This document shows positions 18,655 through 27,252 of a stretch of DNA of 64,000 nt, one piece after another. The stretch comes from an uncultured Oscillospiraceae bacterium (lineage in GTDB: Bacteria > Bacillota > Clostridia > Oscillospirales > QAMX01). Under the pieces are notes generated by a model. The model ran no database searches. It saw only the letters and a list, made by a program, of their open reading frames with translations, and was not told the DNA's origin. The stretch spans positions 1,786-65,785 of the forward strand of contig CAZEUG010000008.1 of NCBI GenBank assembly GCA_964515055.1, given 5' to 3'. Within the stretch, counting starts at the first letter, position 1. Each line of letters begins with the position of its first letter. The position numbers and the translations under genes are program-made.

Positions 18655-19590
18655 TCAGTCAATATCGTCGATGACTTCAGTCGGACGTTCACTGAGAACG
18701 GACGGGTTCTTCAAAATATGGCGCAGATACTTCAGCGCAGACGCGTAGTAGAAGCCGTCACAGATGCGTTCATCGGTGACAACCTTGTAGTCAATATAGC
18801 GTCGCTCCGCAACGGAACCGTCCCGCTGCGTCTCATAGGTACGGCGCTTGGCACCAAACGCCAGAAACACGGGCGCATTGCCGAAGTCGTACAGATGGTG
18901 GTAGATCGGCGGGATGCCGAGCGAACCCATGGACGTGATGACGAGCGATCCGTGGAACGGACTGAGCGCAAGCAGCTTTTTTGGCAGCAGACCAAAATAG
19001 TCGAGCAGCGTCAAAAGCCAGACGGTGAATTTCAACAGCAGACCGGGGATAAAACGCAGCACCTTGGCCGTGCTGTCAAAGGAGGACTCCAGACCGGCCG
19101 ACGCTTTTTCGCGGGATACAATGGCATCCAGCGTTGCGTAGACCTCTTCTGCCGTGGCATTCGGCTGGAAAACAGCCTTGACACAGGTGTCCGGTGCATT
19201 CAACTTCATGTCCTTCTTGATCGTTAGTGCGATTTCAATGTTATTGCGCGCAAAGATCTTCTGCCCGCTGATAAACCGATTGATGGCGGGGCGCTGTGAA
19301 ACGGTTCGGACATAGGCCGCCAGAAAAACGTGCATCGCGCCAAAATGCTGCAGTCCTTCGCGCCGCTTCTGCTGGATGTACTGCTCCATGTTGGAAATTT
19401 CAACGGAATCGGCAATCGAGTTGGAGGACGTGTTCCGCGACTTCATGATATACGGCGACACGAGCGCCATCGGCGGAAGCGTGCGCAGGCGCCGTCCGTC
19501 GGAACGGTCGCCAAAGCGGCGACGGCGCTTTTTGGGCGCGGGAGCCGGAGTCGGTTCGGATACGATTTCAACGGAGGGTTGTTCGGTCAT
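18655..19590 (-). CDS. Stand-alone 2-oxoacid dehydrogenase E2-like acyltransferase domain protein
   Basis: GSLVITSMGSLG and TDERICDG (E2 consensus DHRxxDG); no lipoyl domain; start overlaps the upstream stop. Confidence 0.75.
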   Translation of the reverse strand: MTEQPSVEIVSEPTPAPAPKKRRRRFGDRSDGRRLRTLPPMALVSPYIMKSRNTSSNSIADSVEISNMEQYIQQKRREGLQHFGAMHVFLAAYVRTVSQRPAINRFISGQKIFARNNIEIALTIKKDMKLNAPDTCVKAVFQPNATAEEVYATLDAIVSREKASAGLESSFDSTAKVLRFIPGLLLKFTVWLLTLLDYFGLLPKKLLALSPFHGSLVITSMGSLGIPPIYHHLYDFGNAPVFLAFGAKRRTYETQRDGSVAERRYIDYKVVTDERICDGFYYASALKYLRHILKNPSVLSERPTEVIDDID

Positions 19591-20291
19591 ACTTTCAATT
19601 CCTTTTTCTTGACATTTTGGAGCAGCGAACGGAGATACGGCGCAGCATCCGGGCCGCTCAGACATTTCCAGCGGACGCAGTAGGAAAGGGGATACAAAAC
19701 AACGGCCAGAATCACAGCCGCCACAAAATCGACAAAGGAGTGCTGTCTGATGAACATGGTTGACAGACAGATCAGAATGCATAGGACGATGGAGGCAACT
19801 GGGACATACCAGCGCCGGTTCAGAGACCGAGCCCGGCAAATGGCAATTGTGATGCCGATGGCACCGTAACAGTGCATACTCGGACAGACGTTTTGCGGGA
19901 GATCGGCTGCGTAAATGAATTGAACCAGCCAGACGAGCGGGTTGTCCCGAGAAAACTCCGTCGGACGAAAATCAATGGCCGTCGGATAGACGATACAGAC
20001 GATCATGCAAATCAACAGCCCGCCCATGGTGAACATGGCCATCCGCAGAAAATCCTCACGGGAAACGAGCAGAAAGGCAATCATTCCGCCAAACAGATAG
20101 ACAAACCACAGATAGTAGGGAATCACGAACCATTCGCAAAATGGAATCACCGCATCGAGCGAACAGGAAATCAGATGGTGCTCCAATGGCAGGGTATTCA
20201 GCAGGGAGAAGAACGTCACATGCACAACCGGATAGATCAGCAGCAGAGCATAGGGATAGGTGTGCAGAAACTCACGGGCTTTTCGGAGCAT
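19587..20291 (-). CDS. PAP2_3/inositolphosphorylceramide-synthase-like membrane protein
   Basis: About 6 TM segments; D..IPF, NVCPSMH and QHSFVD motifs. Confidence 0.75.
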   Translation of the reverse strand: MLRKAREFLHTYPYALLLIYPVVHVTFFSLLNTLPLEHHLISCSLDAVIPFCEWFVIPYYLWFVYLFGGMIAFLLVSREDFLRMAMFTMGGLLICMIVCIVYPTAIDFRPTEFSRDNPLVWLVQFIYAADLPQNVCPSMHCYGAIGITIAICRARSLNRRWYVPVASIVLCILICLSTMFIRQHSFVDFVAAVILAVVLYPLSYCVRWKCLSGPDAAPYLRSLLQNVKKKELKV

Positions 20292-21144
20292 GAAGCGAAC
20301 GACTTCCTTTCAATGTGCAAACTTCATCGGACGGCGCGTGACCAATCGCCTCGCCAAACCGAACCGGACGCTCAGCTCCGCCCAGCGGGAACTGCACATC
20401 CGGGATACAGGCATCGCGCTGCAAAAGCAGGACAACGGTGGAGCCGCCGTATTCAAAATAGCCTTTCTCATCTCCACGGACAAAATGAGTAATGCCTGCG
20501 TGATTGTGAATGCGGCCGACCAGCATCGCACCTACTTCCACCTGAACGGCCTGCCCAAAATGCTCGGTCTGCATCAACGAAACGGCGCGGGTGTTCTCCA
20601 CGAACACCGGACGCGCTTCCAGTGCGACTGGACGGACGGTGTGCAAAATCCCCGAAATCTGATACCGTCGCAGCAGACGACCGGAATCAAAGAACGCATA
20701 GCGATGATAATGATCGACACAGAGCCGGAAAACGAGACAAAGCCCGCCCTCCAGACGGTCAGCCAACGTCTTCGAACGAAGTAGCCCGGCGATGGAATAG
20801 GGAACGCCCTTCACCGGAACCACCATGCCCTGGTGGATAGGATAGATGCTGAGATTGCCGTCACACGGCGCGATCAATGCGCCAGGCGTATGATCAACAG
20901 TGCGGACACCGGGCGCTAAACGCCGCGTGAAAAAATCGTTGAAGGAATGAAAAGAACGCTGCTCATAGTCTGACAGACAGATGTTGGCATGGGACACAAA
21001 AGGCCGAATCAGACAGACCGATGCACGCGTATCCAAAAAAGCACCGGCAGCGCGGGAAAGCGGCGGTGCAGTCAGAATTTTCAAAAGAGAACGTCCGGCG
21101 GGGGTGTGATAAAGCCGATACAGACCGGGAGAAGATTGGGACAT
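20272..21144 (-). CDS. psd: Phosphatidylserine decarboxylase proenzyme
   Basis: SFNDFFTR, APCDG, RLCVDHYHRY, EVGAMLVG and the GGST self-cleavage motif. Confidence 0.92.
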   Translation of the reverse strand: MSQSSPGLYRLYHTPAGRSLLKILTAPPLSRAAGAFLDTRASVCLIRPFVSHANICLSDYEQRSFHSFNDFFTRRLAPGVRTVDHTPGALIAPCDGNLSIYPIHQGMVVPVKGVPYSIAGLLRSKTLADRLEGGLCLVFRLCVDHYHRYAFFDSGRLLRRYQISGILHTVRPVALEARPVFVENTRAVSLMQTEHFGQAVQVEVGAMLVGRIHNHAGITHFVRGDEKGYFEYGGSTVVLLLQRDACIPDVQFPLGGAERPVRFGEAIGHAPSDEVCTLKGSRSLHAPKSP

Positions 21145-21157
21145 AGGGTCGCTCCTG

Positions 21158-21772
21158 TCAGTGAAGAATGACCAGTGCGACAAAGATGGCAATGCCCATG
21201 GCCAGCATCACCAGCATACCGCCCAGCATACATTTCTTGACGCGAACGCGCAGAACGAAGGCCAGCGCCGTCAACGCCATGATCAACGCATAAACCGGCG
21301 TAAAGTACGAGGTGAGCAGTCCCTTGAAGCAATACAGGAGCGGGAAGATCAGGGCAGACGAGGTGACAGGCAGCCCCACAAAGGACGTGCGGACACCGTC
21401 GGTTTCCTGCTGCCGGTCTTCCTCCGTGACGCCATAATAGGCCAGGCGAATCAACGCAGCAAGAATGTAGACGGACAAAATAAAGATGTAATAAAACTTC
21501 TGGAGGCCAAAAGCATAGCCAATCGCTGCGGGCAGCACACCGAATGCAACAATATCGGCCAGCGAATCAATCCAGATACCAAAGCGCTTTTCCTGAGAGG
21601 AGCGCTCTCTGGTGCGGGCGACCAGCCCATCAAACATATCGCAGACGCCGGAAAACATCAGACAGAGAATGGCATGAAAGCCCTGACCTTGCATGGCAAA
21701 CGTAATTCCAAGGACGGCGGAAATCGCGCTGAGATATGTGAGGATGACTGTATAGTTAAAGAAACCGATCAT
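21158..21772 (-). CDS. pssA: CDP-diacylglycerol--serine O-phosphatidyltransferase
   Basis: DMFDGLVAR...G..IDSLAD CDP-alcohol motif, RLAYY and FVGLPV; directly upstream of psd. Confidence 0.85.
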   Translation of the reverse strand: MIGFFNYTVILTYLSAISAVLGITFAMQGQGFHAILCLMFSGVCDMFDGLVARTRERSSQEKRFGIWIDSLADIVAFGVLPAAIGYAFGLQKFYYIFILSVYILAALIRLAYYGVTEEDRQQETDGVRTSFVGLPVTSSALIFPLLYCFKGLLTSYFTPVYALIMALTALAFVLRVRVKKCMLGGMLVMLAMGIAIFVALVILH

Positions 21773-21916
21773 ATTCAAATTGGAAAGAAGAAATGGGCAC
21801 TCCTTCTTTCTTCCTGCTTTCTGTCAATAGTCAAATTCGGAGACAAAAAAGGTGTTTTTTCGACTCCGACAGTATTATATCACAAATATTGGCTTTGCAC
21901 AAGCGTTTCCGGGGGA

Positions 21917-21945
21917 TTGACAAAGAGATTTTTTTTCTATATAAT
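21917..21945 (+). promoter_or_regulatory. Sigma-A promoter
   Basis: TTGACA-N17-TATAAT, divergent from the pssA operon. Confidence 0.75.
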
Positions 21946-22027
21946 ATTTTTCGGAACGATTCTTCAAATCGCTTTTCGGAGAGGAGACATCTCCCGAATG
22001 GACAGCCGGTCAGGAGGCATCAGACAA

Positions 22028-22318
22028 ATGGCAGCACAAGTGTATACCGCACCCTTTTCTGTCGAGGAAGCCGTTCGCCGTTTGTGCAGCGGCTGCACGG
22101 TACTGGATCGGAGCGAATTGAATCTGCCGGGCGGCCGGTGCGTCGTGCTGGAGCTTGCCATGCGCAGGGTGTTCACCGCACACGCCACCGTCACCGTGGA
22201 CGATATGACCGGCTGCACCCGTATTCATGTTTCGATCGAGCCGGGGCTGATGGCCAGACGCATGGCCGCTCATCTTGAGACGGCTCTGCAAACGGATGCA
22301 CAGGTGGCCGAAAAATAA
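22028..22318 (+). CDS. Small hypothetical protein (96 aa)
   Basis: AGGAGG RBS and consensus promoter upstream; no recognisable motif. Confidence 0.6.
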   Translation: MAAQVYTAPFSVEEAVRRLCSGCTVLDRSELNLPGGRCVVLELAMRRVFTAHATVTVDDMTGCTRIHVSIEPGLMARRMAAHLETALQTDAQVAEK

Positions 22319-22342
22319 ATCAAAAAAAATTTCGAAAGGGTA

Positions 22343-22371
22343 TTGCATTTCCCAAAGAGATGTGGTATAAT
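22343..22371 (+). promoter_or_regulatory. Sigma-A promoter of tRNA-Arg
   Basis: TTGCAT-N17-TATAAT with extended TG. Confidence 0.8.
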
Positions 22372-22391
22372 ATTGGAGTCGTCAAGGTTAT

Positions 22392-22468
22392 GCGCCCGTA
22401 GCTCAGCTGGATAGAGTGACTGGCTACGAACCAGTAGGTCGGGGGTTCGAATCCCTTCGGGCGTACCA
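22392..22468 (+). tRNA. tRNA-Arg (ACG)
   Basis: GCGCCCG...CGGGCGT-ACCA; anticodon arm ACTGG-CT-ACG-AA-CCAGT. Confidence 0.95.
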
Positions 22469-22509
22469 AAAAAGTCCTGATTTGTCTGAAGACAAATCAG
22501 GACTTTTTT
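22469..22509 (+). terminator. Intrinsic terminator after tRNA-Arg
   Basis: AAAAAGTCCTGATTTGTC-tgaa-GACAAATCAGGACTTTTTT. Confidence 0.9.
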
Positions 22510-22700
22510 GAATCGTTCGTTCCTTCGAATCGAAAGGTATGCGGCCGCTTCGCAGCACACAGGGGAGCGCACCGCTGCTTATCCGATCGCACCGCACCAC
22601 GGATGCTGTGTCCCACCGCAAACGGATGACGAAGGGACGGGGCGAAGCTACGCCACCGATTTCCGAATCGGCGATTTTTTCAGGAAGTGCAGGGAGCTTT

Positions 22701-25145
22701 ATGAAACAGAATAACGATCAATCTTCGTGGTTCCGAACGAAATTCGCCGGCCTTTTGGGGCAGAGCCTGCTCCTGTTCCTGCTGGGCGCGTGTACGGCGA
22801 ACACGCCCGCGACTGCGCAGCCGACGACGGAACCGCCGCTCCGGGAAACGTATCAGAATCCGGTCATTCAGGTCAATGATCCGGATACCTGGCCGGACTA
22901 TGGCGTGGGCGACCCGTTTGTCATGCGCTGGAACGGCCGTTATTACCTCTACTGCTCCACCAAAGACGGCTGCATCGGCATCCAGTGCTGGACATCGGAT
23001 GACCTGATTCACTGGCAGTATGCCGGTCTCTGCGCGGAAGAACCGCTGACCATGTCGGCCTACGCGCCGGAGGTTGTCTATGAGAACGGCTTTTTCTATC
23101 TGTATACCTCACCGGCCGGAAACGGCCACTACGTCCTGAAAAGCGAATCGCCGACAGGCCCCTTTCTGACTGTGACGGAGAACTTTGGCCTCTCCATCGA
23201 CGGCGACGTCTTCATCGACGATGACGGCTCCTGGTATTTTTACTGCGCCGGCTCTGATCGCATCATGGCCTATCCCATGACCGCACCGGACTGTGTGGAT
23301 GCATCCAACGGCATCGCCATTGACACTGATCTGCACGGCTGGACGGAAGGCTCCATGATCGTCAAATATGACGACACCTACTATATCACCTATACGGGTA
23401 ACCATGTCTGGTCGTTGGGATATCGAATCAACTACGGCGTCAGCACGGATTCTCCGCTGCATTTTACCCCAGCAGACAATAACCCGCTGCTGTTGTCCAC
23501 GAACCCGGAAACAGTGAGCGGGATTGGTCACAGCTCGACGGTTCTGGGGCCGAATCTCGATGAATATTACATCGTCTATCATTCCAGTCACACCGTGCCG
23601 CAGCGGAGTATGCAGATCGACCGCATCTTCTTCAACGGCACACAGACGGTCGTTCTCGGGCCGACCACGGATGCACAATCCGCTCCGGCCATGCCGGACA
23701 TCTGCAGCCGCTTCGAAACGTCTGCCGATCTGGAAGGCTGGCAGACGACGAATGCCACCCTGCAAAACGGCAGCCTGACGCTGGTGGAGGGCGGTAGCGT
23801 TCTGTCGCAGAAAACGTTTGATGCAGATTATACGGCTGAATGCAACCTGCTTGCAATGGGCGGCCGCGCCGGGATTCTGTTTGGATACACGGATGCGCAA
23901 AACTACGGACAGGCGCTCTACTGCGCCGATACCCGCTCTGTCCTTCTGTCGTTCACGGTGGATGGCGCGACGGTCGTCCATGAAATTCCCGTCACCGCCG
24001 GTTTTGGAGAACCGCTGCGCACAGACGCCTGTCTGCAATTCTCCATCCGTCGACAGGCGCAGACGTATACGCTCTTTCTGAATCGACGCCAGCTCTGGCA
24101 GGGTGAAAGCGACCTCCGCGGCGGCGCAATCGGCCTCACCTCCGTGCAGGGGACAGCCGTTGCGGGCTTCGTCGGCGGAACCGCTGCATCCATGCAGTCC
24201 TCGTTCCAAACCGTCTACAAACCGGCTGAAAGCTTGATTCCGGCCATCACCTGTCTGGAACCGCATACGGGCGTCCCAACCGACAGCGGAGCGACCGTCC
24301 TCGCCGCATACGAGGGCGAACGGTATTCCTGGCGCATCCTCACCGCGCAAACCGGTACCTATGACCTGCAGCTCGGCTACCGCGCCGCCACCGATTGCAC
24401 GCTGTCGGTGGCGCTGAACGGAAAACCGTGCGGCACCGTCACACTGCCTGCATCGGGTGGCCGGACCGCCTGTGTCCAGCTGCAAAATCTGCAGCTCGAT
24501 GATGGAACCGGAACCGTGGCCGTCTGCGTCGAAAGCGGCAGCGCCGAACTGACGGCACTTGGCTTCCACCGTGTGGAAGCGGTTTCCGAACAGCAGCTGA
24601 CATGGGATGCAGCGCCCGTCTTTCAGGACGGCCTCTGGTATGTCGAAGCTGGCGCACTGACCAATCTGGAGGTCACACCGTATGGCCACGTCAAAAACGA
24701 GCAATATGGGAAATATATGCTCGGCTCGGAAAACTGGGGCGATTATGTTGTCGAGGCGCAAATCACACCGCTCGCGTCCAACGCCTCCGTCGGCCTCTGT
24801 GTGCGCGTCTCCAACCCGGCCGGCCCCGAACCGGGCGCATCCGCCTATCAGGGCAATACCTACTGGCAGGGCTACTGGATTGGTCTGCGGGACGGGGAAG
24901 TGGTTCTTGAAAAGTATAACTATGACCGGGAAAAGCTGCAAAGTGCCCCGGCTGCGTTTCAAACGGATGAATCCTGTCAGCTGCGTGTCGAAGTGGAACA
25001 GGCGACCATCCGCGTCTGGCTCAATCAGGAGCTTGTCCTGACGCACACCGATTCCGATCAGCCGTTTTTACACGGCATGGTGGGCTTTCTGGCACGCGGC
25101 GGCACCATGCGCGCCCAAAATCTGACCGTCCTGCCCATCCGCTGA
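22701..25145 (+). CDS. Multidomain GH43 glycoside hydrolase lipoprotein with C-terminal lectin/CBM-like and DUF1080-like domains
   Basis: Lipobox LLGAC; GDPFV, YAPEV, SIDGD, WTEG and GHSS GH43 motifs; beta-rich C-terminal half. Confidence 0.85.
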   Translation: MKQNNDQSSWFRTKFAGLLGQSLLLFLLGACTANTPATAQPTTEPPLRETYQNPVIQVNDPDTWPDYGVGDPFVMRWNGRYYLYCSTKDGCIGIQCWTSDDLIHWQYAGLCAEEPLTMSAYAPEVVYENGFFYLYTSPAGNGHYVLKSESPTGPFLTVTENFGLSIDGDVFIDDDGSWYFYCAGSDRIMAYPMTAPDCVDASNGIAIDTDLHGWTEGSMIVKYDDTYYITYTGNHVWSLGYRINYGVSTDSPLHFTPADNNPLLLSTNPETVSGIGHSSTVLGPNLDEYYIVYHSSHTVPQRSMQIDRIFFNGTQTVVLGPTTDAQSAPAMPDICSRFETSADLEGWQTTNATLQNGSLTLVEGGSVLSQKTFDADYTAECNLLAMGGRAGILFGYTDAQNYGQALYCADTRSVLLSFTVDGATVVHEIPVTAGFGEPLRTDACLQFSIRRQAQTYTLFLNRRQLWQGESDLRGGAIGLTSVQGTAVAGFVGGTAASMQSSFQTVYKPAESLIPAITCLEPHTGVPTDSGATVLAAYEGERYSWRILTAQTGTYDLQLGYRAATDCTLSVALNGKPCGTVTLPASGGRTACVQLQNLQLDDGTGTVAVCVESGSAELTALGFHRVEAVSEQQLTWDAAPVFQDGLWYVEAGALTNLEVTPYGHVKNEQYGKYMLGSENWGDYVVEAQITPLASNASVGLCVRVSNPAGPEPGASAYQGNTYWQGYWIGLRDGEVVLEKYNYDREKLQSAPAAFQTDESCQLRVEVEQATIRVWLNQELVLTHTDSDQPFLHGMVGFLARGGTMRAQNLTVLPIR

Positions 25146-25164
25146 ACCAAACAGGAGCCAGACA

Positions 25165-25587
25165 ATGAAACACCGGACGTTTATCCTTCTGATTGTGTTG
25201 ATCCTGTCCCTGACGGCGTGCTCGAAAGAGACGCTAACACCTGCCATCCCTCCAGCCTCTGAAACCATCACGCAGCTGGACGAAGGCGTATGGCCGGTGA
25301 ACGAATACACCGCGGGGCTTCCTGTCCCGTCGGGAACGGTTCAGTGGGCGATGCTCGACCATGCCCACCCCAATTGCAGCATCCATCTGACGGATTGCAG
25401 CGAAACGGCCTACCGCCATTACATGAACCTCCTGCAACAGGCGGGCTATTCCGTTGTCGAGGAAGTGTCGGAATCGATCAGCGAACAGGGCGACCGCTCC
25501 ACGAACACACTCCTCTCGAATGGCGAAAAGGGACTGAGCATCAGCTATCTTTCGAATGCCTTTACCATCTATATCGCATTCGAATAA
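25165..25587 (+). CDS. Hypothetical lipoprotein
   Basis: AGGAG RBS; signal peptide with lipobox LTAC. Confidence 0.75.
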   Translation: MKHRTFILLIVLILSLTACSKETLTPAIPPASETITQLDEGVWPVNEYTAGLPVPSGTVQWAMLDHAHPNCSIHLTDCSETAYRHYMNLLQQAGYSVVEEVSESISEQGDRSTNTLLSNGEKGLSISYLSNAFTIYIAFE

Positions 25588-25612
25588 TCAACAGCCGATC
25601 ATACCCGGATCT

Positions 25613-25860
25613 ATGAACGCCGACTCCACACTGGGGGCATTTGGCGGTACCGGCTACCCTGTTGGTGGTTAGCCTTTATGCGGCCTGCCGATGCATCCAC
25701 AGCATCTGGATCATCGCCGTGATCGTCCCGGCTGCCGTGGAACTCATCCAGTCCGTCATCGGCCGCAGCTTTGCTACCGTCGATTTGCTTTTGAACTTTG
25801 CCGGAATCGCGGCAGCCTACTTTGCTGTGACACTCGTCCGAACCATCCTTCAAAAAAACG
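25613..25860 (+). pseudogene. VanZ-like membrane protein remnant
   Basis: VELIQSVIGRSFATVDLLLNFAG resembles the VanZ C-terminal motif (E..Q...GR.FD.DD...N..G); no intact 5' part or RBS. Confidence 0.55.
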
Positions 25861-25892
25861 ACAAACCGCTGAACGCATTGCCCATCCCGAAC

Positions 25893-25929
25893 AAAAAGCA
25901 GAAGAGGAAGCTCCTCTTCTGCTTTTTTT
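25893..25929. terminator. Bidirectional intrinsic terminator
   Basis: AAAAAGCAGAAGAGG-aagct-CCTCTTCTGCTTTTTTT. Confidence 0.85.
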
Positions 25930-25936
25930 ATACAAA
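25903..25936 (+). repeat. Direct repeat copy 1 flanking the alpha-CTD/Lrp islet
   Basis: AGAGGAAGCTCCTCTTcTGcTTTTTTTATACAAA; the first 16 bp are identical to 27253-27268. Confidence 0.7.
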
Positions 25937-26037
25937 CAAAGACCTGTTTCTGCTGTGCCCGGATGACTCGGCAATGGCCCGCCCATGTAGCGTTCAGCAC
26001 CTCGCAGTTCCGATATCGCCAAAAGCGAACACGTTGT

Positions 26038-26415
26038 TTAACCCACCTTTGTGTTCTTTTTGACCACGTCGAATAAAAAACGCTTTTTCTCATTTTCGGT
26101 CAATCCGTCATATCCAAACACCAATATGCGCGTCTTTATTTCGTTTTGTGTCTTTTTGCCGAGATTGCGAATTCGAAGCAATCCATCATCTGCAATTAAA
26201 TCGATAACCTCTCCGATGGTAAATACGCCTGCACGTTTCAGGGAGTTATTCGCTCGCGGAGAAAAATCAATATCGTCTATGCTCAGCTCACACGCCTTTC
26301 GGCTCAATGGAATGCTGACCTTTAGGCCGTTTCCGAACACGCTGTAAAGAGTTGCGATCAGCCCATTTTCATTTGCGGATTCCAAGAGCTCAAGAACAAA
26401 TTCATCCTGATTCAT
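26038..26415 (-). CDS. Stand-alone RNA polymerase alpha C-terminal-domain-like protein
   Basis: LSIDDIDFSPRANNSLKRAGVFTIGEV...LLRIRNLGKKTQNEIK aligns with alpha-CTD (I..L.LSVR..NCLKRAGI.T..L...RNLG.KS..E); 125 aa with no alpha-NTD. Confidence 0.85.
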   Translation of the reverse strand: MNQDEFVLELLESANENGLIATLYSVFGNGLKVSIPLSRKACELSIDDIDFSPRANNSLKRAGVFTIGEVIDLIADDGLLRIRNLGKKTQNEIKTRILVFGYDGLTENEKKRFLFDVVKKNTKVG

Positions 26416-26436
26416 TTATGTACACTCCAAACAATT

Positions 26437-26898
26437 TCATTTTTCCGGAAGAATGGAGCCTTTGATCACATCGAGAACCGAGTGGACATTGATCATTTGA
26501 ATATCGGGAACGCTTTTGTAGATGCTGACCACAAAATTGCGCATCGTTTTGATATCAGGCGATAGACATATTGCCAGCAAATGACAGCTGCCTGTTGTCT
26601 GCACAATCGTAACGGTTTCCTTTGCTTCGGCAAAAATACGTTTGCATTCCTCAAAATCCTCTGCCTTCGTTTCAATGTTCATCACAAAGGTCATCATTTC
26701 GGGAGCAGCCTGCGGATCAATGATTGCCTTGTATCCTTTAATGATACCGTTACGCTCAAGCGCAGCAATCCTTGTTTTAACAGCGGTACGAGATAAACCG
26801 ACTTTCTCTGCGATATCGGAATAGGACATTCTGCCGTCCTCAAGCAACAGATTGACAATTCGGTTATCAATCTCGCCTATGCCTCTTATCTGCATCAT
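26437..26898 (-). CDS. Lrp/AsnC family transcriptional regulator
   Basis: IDNRIVNLLLEDGRMSYSDIAEKVGLSRTAVKTRIAALERNGIIKGY HTH plus a RAM domain; AAGGTGGAG RBS. Confidence 0.92.
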   Translation of the reverse strand: MMQIRGIGEIDNRIVNLLLEDGRMSYSDIAEKVGLSRTAVKTRIAALERNGIIKGYKAIIDPQAAPEMMTFVMNIETKAEDFEECKRIFAEAKETVTIVQTTGSCHLLAICLSPDIKTMRNFVVSIYKSVPDIQMINVHSVLDVIKGSILPEK

Positions 26899-27183
26899 AC
26901 TCCACCTTCCGTTTTCTTTTATCAAGCCAACGGCGCATGCTTTCCGTCCACTCAATAGCTATATTATACCAGATTTTGTCGATATTTCAATCCGTCAACT
27001 TTCGTTTTGTATTCACATAACTGCACAGTGTCATTGACTGGTGTGATATCCTTGCGAAACAGAAGGCTGCTGCCGGAGCAGCACTCATCTCAATTTCTGC
27101 CTGCGCGTCATGGGCGATGTAACGGGTGAAAATCCCAAACAGCTCCGGAGCGGTGTATCAAAAACCAACCATGGCGAAATAAC

Positions 27184-27228
27184 AAAAAAAGCAGACAACC
27201 CGGAAGGATGCCTACCGGGTTGTCTGCT
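27184..27228 (-). terminator. Intrinsic terminator downstream of abfA
   Basis: Stem AGCAGACAACCCGG/CCGGGTTGTCTGCT with a T7 tail on the minus strand. Confidence 0.8.
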
Positions 27229-27252
27229 GAAAAATTCTCTGTTTGGAACGAT

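Noticed and set aside
21161-22318. 385-aa plus-strand ORF
   Set aside because: The 5' part is antisense to pssA and crosses promoters; only 22028-22318 has an RBS.
23109-25046. 645-aa minus-strand ORF
   Set aside because: Antisense to the GH43 gene; no recognisable domain.
25641-26063. 140-aa ORF as an intact gene
   Set aside because: It reads through a terminator and lacks an RBS; only the VanZ-like middle looks protein-like.
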